From: an uncultured bacterium
GTDB taxonomy: Bacteria; Patescibacteriota; Minisyncoccia; Phycocordibacterales; PALSA-1337
Reading direction: 5' to 3'
DNA: 64,000 nt
Assembly: GCA_903872035.1 (NCBI GenBank)
Contig: CAIQIZ010000022.1
Coordinates: 5,156-69,155 of the forward strand
Positions 55,274-64,000 of this stretch are shown here, piece after piece; position 1 is the stretch's first letter; each line of letters starts with the position of its first letter. Under the pieces are notes generated by a model that saw only the letters and a program-made list of their open reading frames with translations, searched no databases and had not been told where the DNA came from. A program made the position numbers and the translations under genes.

Positions 55274-56588
55274 ATTTGAAACGTCGGCGCTTTTGCTCGT
55301 GTTCATGATTTGTAATTTCTTTTTTATATTTTCTCATGTTCGTGCCCAAACAGTAACTGAGCTTCAAACAAAGATAAATCAGCGTAACGACGACATCGCC
55401 AATCTTGAAAAACAGATCCAAGGATATCAAACGCAAATTGATACGCTGGGCTCGGAAAAGGCTACTCTGTCGGCCACACTTAAATCACTGGACTTGAATC
55501 GAAAGCAGTTAGAGGCCAAGATCGCCGTCACACAAGATCGGATTTCAGCCAAGACTTTTGAGATTCAACAATTTGGAACGCAGATCAATTCCAAACAGAA
55601 CGATATCGAAGACGATCAACAAGTCATCAGGCAAACATTCATGAGTCTGTCAGAAAATGGCGACCAGTCACTAGCCGAGATCATTTTAGGCGGCAAATCC
55701 ATATCCGGAACTCTCGATACGTTGGATTCATTGGGAACTTTACAGAAAAGCGTCAAGGATCACATCAACACCCTGAATACAGACAAAAGCCTTTTGGAAT
55801 CGAATAAGAAAGCGAGCGAGAGAGCAAAGAGTGAACTTGTGACGTTGAATAGCCAACTCGGTGATCAGCGAGCCATCGTGCTTTCTACTACTGCTGATAA
55901 GAATTCTATTTTGAAGCAAACCAATCAATCTGAAGCATCATATCGCCAACTGTTGGCAACAAAGAAGTCAGAAGAAGCGGCACTGCAACAGGAGATAGAC
56001 CAGTATGAATCTCAGCTGCATCTGTTGGTGAATCCTAGCCAGATCCCACATACAGGATCAGGTGTGCTTTCCTGGCCATTGGATAACATGTACCCGAATG
56101 TCTGTCCTCCTCCATCGAAGAGCTACTCTTCCTGCATCACTCAATATTTCGGCAATACCGATTTTTCTACTGCCAATCCGCAGATATATAACGGTAGCGG
56201 GCACCCAGGAGTAGATTTCCGTGCATCTATCGGAACACCTGTTAAAGCGGCTTTGTCAGGAGTCATTGTTGGCGTCTATAACACTGATCTTTACCCTGGC
56301 TGCTATTCCTACGGCAAATGGGTCATGATCAAGCATGGGAATGGTTTGTCGACTCTTTACGGACATCTTTCATTGCCATCGGTGGCAATAGGTCAGCAAG
56401 TAACGACTGGGCAGCTCATAGGCTACAGCGGGAACACCGGCGCCACTACCGGCCCACACCTTCACTTCGGAGTCTATGCCACCGCCGGCGTCGTCATCAA
56501 ACTCTTCACTAACAGCAAGCACTGCCAAGGTGCGACTATTCCTATCGCCGATTACAGCGCGTATCTGAATCCGTTGTCGTATTTGTAG
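55251..56588 (+). CDS. M23 family metallopeptidase with N-terminal coiled-coil (EnvC/LytM-like)
   Basis: Signal/TM segment, long coiled-coil, then 'GHPGVDFRA...GVIVGV...GNGLSTLYGHLS...GATTGPHLHFGVY' (HxxxD ... HxH). Confidence 0.8.
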   Translation: MHLKSSHKFETSALLLVFMICNFFFIFSHVRAQTVTELQTKINQRNDDIANLEKQIQGYQTQIDTLGSEKATLSATLKSLDLNRKQLEAKIAVTQDRISAKTFEIQQFGTQINSKQNDIEDDQQVIRQTFMSLSENGDQSLAEIILGGKSISGTLDTLDSLGTLQKSVKDHINTLNTDKSLLESNKKASERAKSELVTLNSQLGDQRAIVLSTTADKNSILKQTNQSEASYRQLLATKKSEEAALQQEIDQYESQLHLLVNPSQIPHTGSGVLSWPLDNMYPNVCPPPSKSYSSCITQYFGNTDFSTANPQIYNGSGHPGVDFRASIGTPVKAALSGVIVGVYNTDLYPGCYSYGKWVMIKHGNGLSTLYGHLSLPSVAIGQQVTTGQLIGYSGNTGATTGPHLHFGVYATAGVVIKLFTNSKHCQGATIPIADYSAYLNPLSYL

Positions 56589-56635
56589 GAGGTCAGACAT
56601 CTACACTGCATAGGTCTGACCTATGTATGTTTACA

Positions 56636-57433
56636 CTACCTCTTCACCTGATCCGATTTCCAAGTCAACTCGAAAATCATCTTGAACATATCGTGGATGA
56701 GCTTGTCTTCTATGACTAAGCCGATGAGCTTTTCGCTGGTAAGCTTAGTGATAGCCAGTTTGTCATTGTCGTAAAGCGTCATCTCGGCTTCGAAAGGGAA
56801 GATCTCTTTTGGCACGAAGCGGATATCAGGCCAAACCTCCTTCTTCAGGCCTTTGAAGACATCATCGTTGTATTTCCTGTTCTCTTCAGTATCTGGCACG
56901 ATCGCTCGCGTCGTTATGCCGATGCGCTCCTTCGATTTGATGAACTTATAGAGGGATTTTGAAGGAAGATAATTCTTGAAGGCTTGCCCATGCGAGAATG
57001 AAAGCATCTCGTATTTCTTCTTCTTTGAGACCATTTCTTCATATATGGAGATGATACCTTCAGAGTCATTGAAGTATCGGATGATGGGCTTGTTCGGATT
57101 CATGGCGAAAATGCCTTCGAGCTCGGGAATGAGCTCACGGGTCTTTTTGTATGCTTCATCGGCCATATCAGCCTGAGTTTTGGCGAAACGGACCAGCTTT
57201 TCCGGATTCTCTATCTGATAGAAGAGCTTCTTGCCACGTTCTATCTCTGTGACCAGGCCTTTGACGGACAATTCCAAAAGGATCTTATAGACCGTGCTCC
57301 TATTCAATTTGGTAAGCTCGGCGATTCGAGAAGGGTAGGCGCCTCCCAACTCCAATAAGGTGCTGAAAACTATAGCAGTCTTCTCGCTCAAGCCTGTCTT
57401 TTGTAAATGCCTAACTATTGCTTCGTTTTTCAT
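56636..57433 (-). CDS. TrmB-family transcriptional regulator
   Basis: N-terminal wHTH 'LQKTGLSEKTAIVFSTLLELGGAYPSRIAELTKLNRSTVYKILLELSVKGLV'. Divergent from an ABC substrate-binding-protein gene. Confidence 0.6.
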   Translation of the reverse strand: MKNEAIVRHLQKTGLSEKTAIVFSTLLELGGAYPSRIAELTKLNRSTVYKILLELSVKGLVTEIERGKKLFYQIENPEKLVRFAKTQADMADEAYKKTRELIPELEGIFAMNPNKPIIRYFNDSEGIISIYEEMVSKKKKYEMLSFSHGQAFKNYLPSKSLYKFIKSKERIGITTRAIVPDTEENRKYNDDVFKGLKKEVWPDIRFVPKEIFPFEAEMTLYDNDKLAITKLTSEKLIGLVIEDKLIHDMFKMIFELTWKSDQVKR

Positions 57434-57547
57434 GATGTGTCAATTATACCAGATTACTGAATATTTGTCACTATTTACGAACAAAATGTGTGGATATTGC
57501 AATATGTCGCTCAATTAGGCCATTTTGCGATTACTCATTCATACTGA

Positions 57548-57590
57548 TAAGTAACAGAATTCGTGTGTTTGGTATAATAGCAACACATTA
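57548..57590 (+). promoter_or_regulatory. Putative extended -10 promoter (TGgTATAAT) for the ABC operon. A 12-nt perfect palindrome ATATTGCAATAT upstream is a candidate operator
   Basis: 'TGTTTGGTATAATAG' near 57568-57582. The palindrome lies near 57497-57508 in the divergent intergenic region. Confidence 0.3.
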
Positions 57591-57608
57591 GTAATTAATA
57601 GTAAATAT

Positions 57609-58748
57609 ATGACAAAAACAACTAAGACAGTGCTAGGGATCGTAGGTATAGCAATTATCGTAGGTATAGCAATTATAGCGATAATCATAGCTGTTACTGC
57701 CAAGAATTCCAGTAAGCCGGCTTCGAATGAAAAACCTACGATAACCATAGGTGTGACTCTGCCGCTGACTGGTGATGTGGCTATGCTCGGCCAAAGCGCC
57801 AAGAACGCAATAGAGCTTGCGCAGTCGCAACTACCGACAAATCTGAAGTATAACTACAAACTCGTATTCGAAGACGATCAATTCAAGCCAGCACTCGGTG
57901 CAACAATAGCGAACAAGCTTATAAGCGTAGACCATGTCGATGCACTTATGTCTTTCGGCTCTCCAGTAGGTAGCGTCGTAAGTCCGATCGCCGAAAAGAA
58001 GGGTGCGCCACATGTGAATAGCTTCGCATCAGCATCACATGTAGCTGATGGAGATTACAACTTTCTGGACTACACGCCATCCTACGAAGACTCGGAGCTG
58101 TTCATTCAGGAACTTGAGAAACGAGGCATCAAGAAGATCGTATTCTTCGCACAGTCCGACAATCAAGGTGCGGCGTCGATAATAGATAGCTTTGAACGCG
58201 ATATCAAGAAGACTGATATCGAGGTGGTGTCGATCCAGAACTTTACAACTGGTACGAGAGACTTCCGGACTAACATAGACAAAGTGAAGGGTCTTAAGCC
58301 AGACATATATGTCCTGGAAGCGACCAGCCCGGAACTTGAAATTCTTACGAGGCAACTTCGCCAGGCCGGCATCAATACTCCCGTGACCACGATGGAAGCG
58401 TTCGAATTCTCGGACCAAATGTCTCTATTCGAAGGCATGTGGTATGTGAATGGTGCCGATGCCACTCCATGGTTCGTAGACCTCTATACGAAGACTTACG
58501 GTGTCAGTCCGAAGTTCGGCGCAGCGAATGACTACGATGGATTTAGTCTGCTCGTCAAAGCGGTCGAGGCGGCAGGAGACGGTAAGACAAAGCCGACTCA
58601 TGAGCAGATCAAGGATGCCTTAGCCAATATCAAGAGCTTTGACGGAGCTCTTGGCACCAATCAAACGATCGACTCAAATGGAATCGTGGACTCCAAAGCC
58701 GTGGTCAGAACTATCAAGAATGGTGTGCCGGTTACGATAGCACCGTAA
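57609..58748 (+). CDS. ABC transporter substrate-binding protein (LivK-like, branched-chain amino acid type)
   Basis: N-terminal TM/signal anchor, then 'ITIGVTLPLTGDVAMLGQSAKNAIELAQ', typical of the type-I periplasmic-binding fold (Peripla_BP_6). Confidence 0.8.
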   Translation: MTKTTKTVLGIVGIAIIVGIAIIAIIIAVTAKNSSKPASNEKPTITIGVTLPLTGDVAMLGQSAKNAIELAQSQLPTNLKYNYKLVFEDDQFKPALGATIANKLISVDHVDALMSFGSPVGSVVSPIAEKKGAPHVNSFASASHVADGDYNFLDYTPSYEDSELFIQELEKRGIKKIVFFAQSDNQGAASIIDSFERDIKKTDIEVVSIQNFTTGTRDFRTNIDKVKGLKPDIYVLEATSPELEILTRQLRQAGINTPVTTMEAFEFSDQMSLFEGMWYVNGADATPWFVDLYTKTYGVSPKFGAANDYDGFSLLVKAVEAAGDGKTKPTHEQIKDALANIKSFDGALGTNQTIDSNGIVDSKAVVRTIKNGVPVTIAP

Positions 58749-58846
58749 TAATCAACTCGACATTCGAATCTTTCAAACAAACTCCGCTCCTCACCAAGCG
58801 GTTTTTGTTGTATAGTAAAGGCTACAAATCCGGCCAGCAACCATCC

Positions 58847-59713
58847 ATGGACATCATCCCGCAACTCATCGTCAATTCGATCATCGCCGGAGCGATATAC
58901 AGCATGGTCGCTTTGGGTTTCAATCTCATATATGGCACAACCAAATTCTTTGACCTAGGATACGGCGCTTTGGCGGCTGTAGGCGGATATTCGGTATTCT
59001 ATTTCTACAAAGGACTGGGCCTGAATCTTTACGTCGCTATCATTCTCGGTATCCTTATCTCTGGTGCGATCGGGCTTATTATTTATCGCCTAGTATACGC
59101 ACCGCTTCGGAAAAGGAAGTCTTCCGGAATGGTCCTCTTGGTGGCAGCACTGGGCGTGATGACGGCAGTCCAATCGATCGTAGCCATCTTATTCACCAGC
59201 CAATTTCAAACGCTTTCGCGAAGCGCTGGTAACGAAGCAGTCTACAATATCTTTGGGGGAGTGATCACGCAGACACAGCTCATCATTCTCATACTCGGCC
59301 TATTGATCATGGCCGCTATCGGGCTCATGTTCCGCTACACATTATTCGGCAAAGCCATAAAAGCTGTCGGCGACGATGAGGAAGTATCAAAAATCGTCGG
59401 TATAAATACGGTAAAAGTCATCGGCTGGGTCTTTTTCATCGGTTCTGCAATAGCCGGTTTGGCAGGGATACTCGTCGGCTTTGATACCGGCATAGAACCG
59501 ACGATGGGTTTGTCTCTGCTCCTTAAAGGCGTCATCGCTTCCATCATCGGCGGCATAGGCAATGTCTACGGTGGTGTTCTTGGCGCATTCCTACTTGGCT
59601 TCATAGAGAACTTCGGCATATGGCAAATATCAGGTGAATGGAAGGATGCTATAGCATTCGGAGTTCTAATTCTATTTTTGCTATTCAGGCCGCAGGGAAT
59701 CTTGAAACTCTAA
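58847..59713 (+). CDS. Branched-chain amino acid ABC transporter permease (LivH-like)
   Basis: 8-TM permease. 'GYGALAAVGGY' and 'GLSLLLKGVIASIIGGIGNVYGGVLGAFLLGFIEN' conserved. Confidence 0.8.
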   Translation: MDIIPQLIVNSIIAGAIYSMVALGFNLIYGTTKFFDLGYGALAAVGGYSVFYFYKGLGLNLYVAIILGILISGAIGLIIYRLVYAPLRKRKSSGMVLLVAALGVMTAVQSIVAILFTSQFQTLSRSAGNEAVYNIFGGVITQTQLIILILGLLIMAAIGLMFRYTLFGKAIKAVGDDEEVSKIVGINTVKVIGWVFFIGSAIAGLAGILVGFDTGIEPTMGLSLLLKGVIASIIGGIGNVYGGVLGAFLLGFIENFGIWQISGEWKDAIAFGVLILFLLFRPQGILKL

Positions 59714-59715
59714 AC

Positions 59716-60582
59716 ATGGAATACTTAATTCACATAGCAATTCTCATAAGCATCTACGCCATCCTTGGCTTATCCTTGAACTTGGTCGTAGGATTCACTG
59801 GTCTTTTAAGCATCACTCAAGCTGCCTTTTATGGTATCGGGGCCTATGTAACAGCAATTCTCCTTACATCGACTGGAATGAATTTCTTCTTGGCAATGCT
59901 GATAGGAATAGTCATAACCGCCGTCATAAGCCTAGCCATCGGTTTCGTGCTTTCCAAATTCAAGGACGACTACTACGCTCTTGGCTCATTCGGATTCAAT
60001 GTGATCATATACAGCATATTCCTCAACTGGCAGTCTCTGACACGCGGACCTCTCGGTATTCCAGGCATCCCCAGACCGTCGCTTTTCGGCTTCACCTTCT
60101 CCGAGAATCTTTGGTTTCTTGTACTTTCGGTAATCATTCTGATCATTATCTATTTCCTCTGTAAGTTCATCACCACTTCATCATTCGGCCGCGTCCTCAA
60201 AGCCATCCGTGAAGATGAGGAAGCCATCTCCGTCTTCGGCTACCGCGTTCTCTGGTACAAGTTGACTATATTCGTCATATCCGCCGGAATGGCTGCTGTG
60301 GCCGGTTCATTATTCGCCAGCTACATAACATTCATCGACCCATCGAGCTTCACTTTGACCGAGTCGATATTTATACTAGCTGTCGTCATTCTTGGTGGAC
60401 TAGCTAACAACAAAGGTGCTGTGCTCGGGGCTGTGTGTCTAATCCTATTGCCGGAGATCCTCCGCTTCGTTGGTTTTCCCGATGACATCGCTGCCCAGAT
60501 GAGGCAGGTCACTTACGGAGTTATTTTGATTCTACTCATGCTTTACCGGCCACAAGGCTTGGTGGGGGAGTACAGGTTGTAG
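59716..60582 (+). CDS. Branched-chain amino acid ABC transporter permease (LivM-like)
   Basis: Start at the MEYLIH ATG 3 nt after the livH-like stop. 'GFTGLLSITQAAFYGIGAY' and 'GGLANNKGAVLGAV'. Confidence 0.8.
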   Translation: MEYLIHIAILISIYAILGLSLNLVVGFTGLLSITQAAFYGIGAYVTAILLTSTGMNFFLAMLIGIVITAVISLAIGFVLSKFKDDYYALGSFGFNVIIYSIFLNWQSLTRGPLGIPGIPRPSLFGFTFSENLWFLVLSVIILIIIYFLCKFITTSSFGRVLKAIREDEEAISVFGYRVLWYKLTIFVISAGMAAVAGSLFASYITFIDPSSFTLTESIFILAVVILGGLANNKGAVLGAVCLILLPEILRFVGFPDDIAAQMRQVTYGVILILLMLYRPQGLVGEYRL

Positions 60583-60699
60583 GTAGGAGAAAGCATTGAC
60601 AACAGACTTTGATTTGATAAACTCTATTCGTAAGCTGCTTGCATGTCATTAGGACTAATCCTAAGGTGATGTTATCGGCTAAAGCTGGTGGCAAGCAGG

Positions 60700-60723
60700 C
60701 AAAAACTCCCGAGAGGGAGTTTT
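60700..60723. terminator. Perfect bidirectional rho-independent terminator
   Basis: 'AAAAACTCCC-GAGA-GGGAGTTTTT'. Confidence 0.7.
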
Positions 60724-61220
60724 TGCTATCTTTGGAATACACTCAGGAAACATAGCTTACCATTATTGAATTTAACTACTATAGCAGAGAGCCATCTATG
60801 TGTTTTACCTATTGCTGTGAATCTTCTGAACTCCCAAAAATCGGCGACTGAAGACCCGATAGGATCCTTCTTATAGGAGTAATATGAACTCGAGCTACCA
60901 CCCACGCCTATTGAAAAATACTAGCTCATTCTTCAACGCCGGACAGGGAACGGCACCAATCGCAAAGTATTCATTCTTTGCTGCTTCAATGATGCTCCAA
61001 TAGCTGTTGTCTGCCATCCGACCAATCTATCAAACTGAAATGAAGAAACGCTCAAAAAATGTTCAAAATTCGATAAAGAAAGTTTCAAGAAATTATGAAG
61101 ACACACTCATGTGTCAACGGGAACAGTGGGGGAGGAGGATATAGAAAATATTACGTCATGCTTGATTGACATGCGCAAGCTTTTTTGCTAGCTTATACAT
61201 TGAAAGGAAATGGCACAATT

Positions 61221-61463
61221 ATGAGTGAAATCGATTACCAAGCCTTGTACGAGCAGGAAAAGCGACGCCGCGAAGATGTCGAGCGCAAATACGACAATCT
61301 GGTTACTCGCGTCAAGCCGCTTCTCGATACCGTAAGTAAAATGGCTGAACCAGCGAGAATGATCGAAGAGGCTATGCAAGAGCTCGCTAGGATCCAGAGG
61401 CTCGATTCAGGCGGGCATGGTCAAACAAAACCGCTGAAGCGGGATACTAGACACGGTTGGTAG
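61221..61463 (+). CDS. Hypothetical small coiled-coil protein
   Basis: ATG at 61221 (the track ORF uses an upstream TTG). TTGACA-17-TAGCTT promoter-like sequence at 61166-61194. Terminator at 61489-61517. Confidence 0.4.
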   Translation: MSEIDYQALYEQEKRRREDVERKYDNLVTRVKPLLDTVSKMAEPARMIEEAMQELARIQRLDSGGHGQTKPLKRDTRHGW

Positions 61464-61488
61464 CAACCGCAACATTCACAGCTTACAG

Positions 61489-61517
61489 GCAGTTGGCCAC
61501 CGGTCAACTGCTTTTTA
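61489..61517 (+). terminator. Rho-independent terminator
   Basis: 'GCAGTTG-GCCACCGGT-CAACTGC' followed by 'TTTTTAG'. Confidence 0.5.
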
Positions 61518-61591
61518 GTTGCGATTTTAGCTGCGTCTGCTACTATCAGTTTGAAGCACAAAACAATTCAAAACGAAAGATGAGGTAGCGA

Positions 61592-61969
61592 ATGAAAAGA
61601 ACAACGTTCATGATAAGATCTGAAGGCGATGCCGCGGATACGACACAGATTCTGAGTCTCTGTAGTACTCTTATAGCAGCCTCTGAAATGATGGAGAAAG
61701 CGCTGGATGAGAGGAACTTGGTTGGCGATGCGGATTTGAAACTCTGCTGGTCGATGACCACGAGCGACGTCGGCAAAACATGCGGCCACGGCGCTCTGAA
61801 TCTGATGACTGCAGCCGGCAGAACTGTAGCCACAGTCGACGTGTACTTCAACAGGAGTGGTCAAATGTCGCTGGATAACTTTCAATGGGAGTTTCCGGCA
61901 TCTACGCCGATCATCGCGAAAGCTGCTGACGTTTTGCAACGACGACTGACGACAAATCTTCAATCCTGA
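61592..61969 (+). CDS. Hypothetical protein
   Basis: 125-aa ORF with 'GATGAGGTAGCGAATG' SD-like context. A competing antisense ORF exists. Confidence 0.35.
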   Translation: MKRTTFMIRSEGDAADTTQILSLCSTLIAASEMMEKALDERNLVGDADLKLCWSMTTSDVGKTCGHGALNLMTAAGRTVATVDVYFNRSGQMSLDNFQWEFPASTPIIAKAADVLQRRLTTNLQS

Positions 61970-61999
61970 GAGACAACGGAGTCACTAAAGAGGCTCGGA

Positions 62000-62779
62000 T
62001 TAACCCCGGGCCTTTGTTGTATCCGCCGCCAAGCTCCGATTCTTCCACATGAAGTCGAATATCTCTCTGATCGTCTTCGCTAACTCGATATTTTCAATTA
62101 TCACTATCTGGTTATTTCGGTTAAGGATGATTCGAACTACATTTGCAAATGTATCTATGGAAATAGCGGATGAATATGTGATCAATGGCAGAATTTGAAC
62201 GATCCGCTTATACAAAAGGTCGGTTTTACGAAAGTATTCTAGAGAAGGATGCTCAGGGACGAATACACGGAGAGTGACATCGTTATCCGCACAATATTTG
62301 TTGTACTCTTCGCAGACTGCGAGCAACTTTGGGGACATCCCTTCGGCTTTTGCGTAAAAGCCTATTATTTCCTTACCCACACATTCATCCATTCGATAAT
62401 AAAGCGCTTCCTTGAACGCTTTGAGGCCCTCGAAATGAAGGACGTTCATCTTATCCGGTTCAGAACTTCCTTGCGACTTTAAAGAGGGCAGCAGCTTCTT
62501 CGTTTCGATCAGGCGCTGTTCAGCATCCCGAAGAAGTACTTCCGGTAGCACAGGCTTATACAGCCTCTTTGATACACGCGGTACTCGGTGAGCGGCACCC
62601 TTATCTACCAACTCGTCAAGGATCACATACGTCGTTGGCTTCTTAAGTCCCGACTGTTCAGATACGGCATATGCCGAGCCTCTGCCAAGCCTTAATAGCG
62701 CCAAATACACTTGGGCCTGCTTGTCATTCAGGCCGATATTGTTCAGTCCAGATATGAGCTCATTTTCCATAATATGCAT
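62000..62779 (-). CDS. TrmB-family transcriptional regulator (second copy)
   Basis: 'LNDKQAQVYLALLRLGRGSAYAVSEQSGLKKPTTYVILDELVDKGAA' wHTH. Again divergent from a substrate-binding-protein gene. Confidence 0.6.
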   Translation of the reverse strand: MHIMENELISGLNNIGLNDKQAQVYLALLRLGRGSAYAVSEQSGLKKPTTYVILDELVDKGAAHRVPRVSKRLYKPVLPEVLLRDAEQRLIETKKLLPSLKSQGSSEPDKMNVLHFEGLKAFKEALYYRMDECVGKEIIGFYAKAEGMSPKLLAVCEEYNKYCADNDVTLRVFVPEHPSLEYFRKTDLLYKRIVQILPLITYSSAISIDTFANVVRIILNRNNQIVIIENIELAKTIREIFDFMWKNRSLAADTTKARG

Positions 62780-62934
62780 ACTATGCGGAAATTATATGTT
62801 AGTCAATATTTTTGATGATTGATTGGTACCGCGGCTATGTATTGGCTCTAATGCAAGCTTCTGTGCCAATTGCGCATATTCAAACGCATTAACTGAATTT
62901 GTGCTGAGAGTCAAATCGAGCTATTATTACGCCT

Positions 62935-64000
62935 ATGAAAAAATATATTTGGATCGCTGTAGTCGTTGTTGTGATTATCATAATTGGTCTGTTTGTTACC
63001 TTTAATAAGTCTACGTCCACAAAGAGCATCCATCTTGGCATGATAAGCATCTTATCCGGAGAATATGCGGCTGTCGGAGAGAACTTCAGAAATGGGGCCC
63101 TGCTCGCGCAAGAACAATACAATGCCGCCCATCCTGATGCGAAGATCGCTATGACCATTGAAGACGACGGCTTCAGCGGTGGCAAAGCCGTAAGCGCTTA
63201 TCAGAAATTGGTGAGCATCGACAAGATCGATGCACTCATCAATGTCTCGACGGCATCCATTGATGCGATCTATGATTCGGTTACGAAACTGGGGATTCCT
63301 GTAGCTCAAGGCGGCGAACAAGGACGGGTACCAGCAGATGATAACGTCTTCGGAATGTTTCCCGATAGCATCACCTCAGAACGAGACTACGGTGTATATA
63401 TGCGGAATAAGGGCATAGCCAGTATGACATTGGTCTACACAAAACATGATGCGATGATACGTTTCGTCGATGCATTCAAAGAAGGTTTTCAAGGTAAGAC
63501 AACTGATATCGCCATTGATTCGGCGGAAACTGATTTCCGTACGCATGCTCTAAAAGCATCGTCTGGTAATCCTCAAGCTATCGGTCTATTTATGTTCCCT
63601 CAACCGGGAGCACAGTTCATGAAAGAGCTGATAAAGATCGAAAAGACTAAACCGACCATGTTCTTTGATACCAATTTCGTCTCTGGCTATACAGATTATC
63701 AGCGCATAATGGGTAACCTAACTGTCCTCGATGGAAGCATAGTCGGCGGTATGAAGCTCGAAGATACGCAAGCATTCAAGGACGCGTACAAAGCACGCTT
63801 TGGAATAGATGCTCCATTTCTTTCTGATATCGGCTACGACTCATTCAATTTGATCGTACAGACCTATTCGCCGGACAAGGCGACGTGGGTAAAGAATATG
63901 AAAAATGCCGATTTTCTCGGTGTGAGCGGTAAGATCAAGTTTAACCAAACGGGCAATCGTCTTCCAGATACGAAGATGATGGTCATCAAAGGAGGGAAGT
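62935..64000 (+). CDS. ABC transporter substrate-binding protein (LivK-like), 3'-truncated by the window end
   Basis: Not in the ORF track because no stop falls within the window. Open frame from the ATG at 62935 to position 64000: 'MKKYIWIAVVVVVIIIIGLFV...SIHLGMISILSGEYAAVGENFRNGALLAQ'. Confidence 0.7.
   Translation, partial: MKKYIWIAVVVVVIIIIGLFVTFNKSTSTKSIHLGMISILSGEYAAVGENFRNGALLAQEQYNAAHPDAKIAMTIEDDGFSGGKAVSAYQKLVSIDKIDALINVSTASIDAIYDSVTKLGIPVAQGGEQGRVPADDNVFGMFPDSITSERDYGVYMRNKGIASMTLVYTKHDAMIRFVDAFKEGFQGKTTDIAIDSAETDFRTHALKASSGNPQAIGLFMFPQPGAQFMKELIKIEKTKPTMFFDTNFVSGYTDYQRIMGNLTVLDGSIVGGMKLEDTQAFKDAYKARFGIDAPFLSDIGYDSFNLIVQTYSPDKATWVKNMKNADFLGVSGKIKFNQTGNRLPDTKMMVIKGGK

Noticed and set aside
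1-64000. Search for tRNA, rRNA, tmRNA, RNase P RNA, SRP RNA and CRISPR repeats in all intergenic gaps >80 nt
   Set aside because: No T-loop/anticodon-stem architecture (GTTCRANYC), no conserved ncRNA blocks and no regularly spaced direct repeats were seen. Short ncRNAs cannot be excluded without covariance-model scans.

Overview
This 64 kb window reads as a compact, low-GC bacterial chromosomal segment with a streamlined, Patescibacteria/CPR-like flavour; that lineage call is inference from gene content only. Almost all genes are on the + strand, and no rRNA, tRNA or CRISPR array was found. Housekeeping content includes a ribosomal-protein/rpoA cluster (infA-rpmJ-rpsM-rpsK-rpsD-rpoA-rplQ-rplM-rpsI), grpE with a separate dnaK-DUF3467-dnaJ unit, leuS, alaS (short form), trpS, gltX, mnmA, ychF, scpA/scpB, ftsW-murG, mltG, M23 and LD-carboxypeptidase cell-wall enzymes, an RND efflux pair, and two TrmB-regulator/ABC-substrate-binding-protein modules. 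Accessory or unusual content: (1) a radical SAM/SPASM enzyme next to an IS element (rve-type DDE transposase flanked by 15-bp inverted repeats) and an HExxH peptidase-like gene; (2) a divergent pair of multi-TM sensor histidine kinases flanking a LuxI/FeeM-fold N-acyltransferase and a SAM methyltransferase, a candidate acyl-signal make-and-sense module and the strongest candidate for a new system here; (3) a leucyl-tRNA synthetase carrying two extra embedded hydrolase domains, a YdeN-like alpha/beta serine hydrolase and a complete NUDIX box, which is the most striking single gene; (4) an ATP-cone + Mrr-like nuclease gene followed by MazG-like and family-4 UDG genes; (5) several recurring short DNA motifs: a perfect 15-nt SD/anti-SD palindrome GGAGGTGSCACCTCC inside ychF (x2) and leuS, a purine-rich GCAAGGAGGAAG motif directly after three stop codons, a TAGGTCTGACCT palindrome overlapping or closely following three stop codons, a CACTACACTYAACTGTAGTG hairpin on both sides of dnaK, and a 275-nt palindrome-rich insert splitting scpA from scpB. 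All calls come from reading the sequence and ORF translations; no database search was run.
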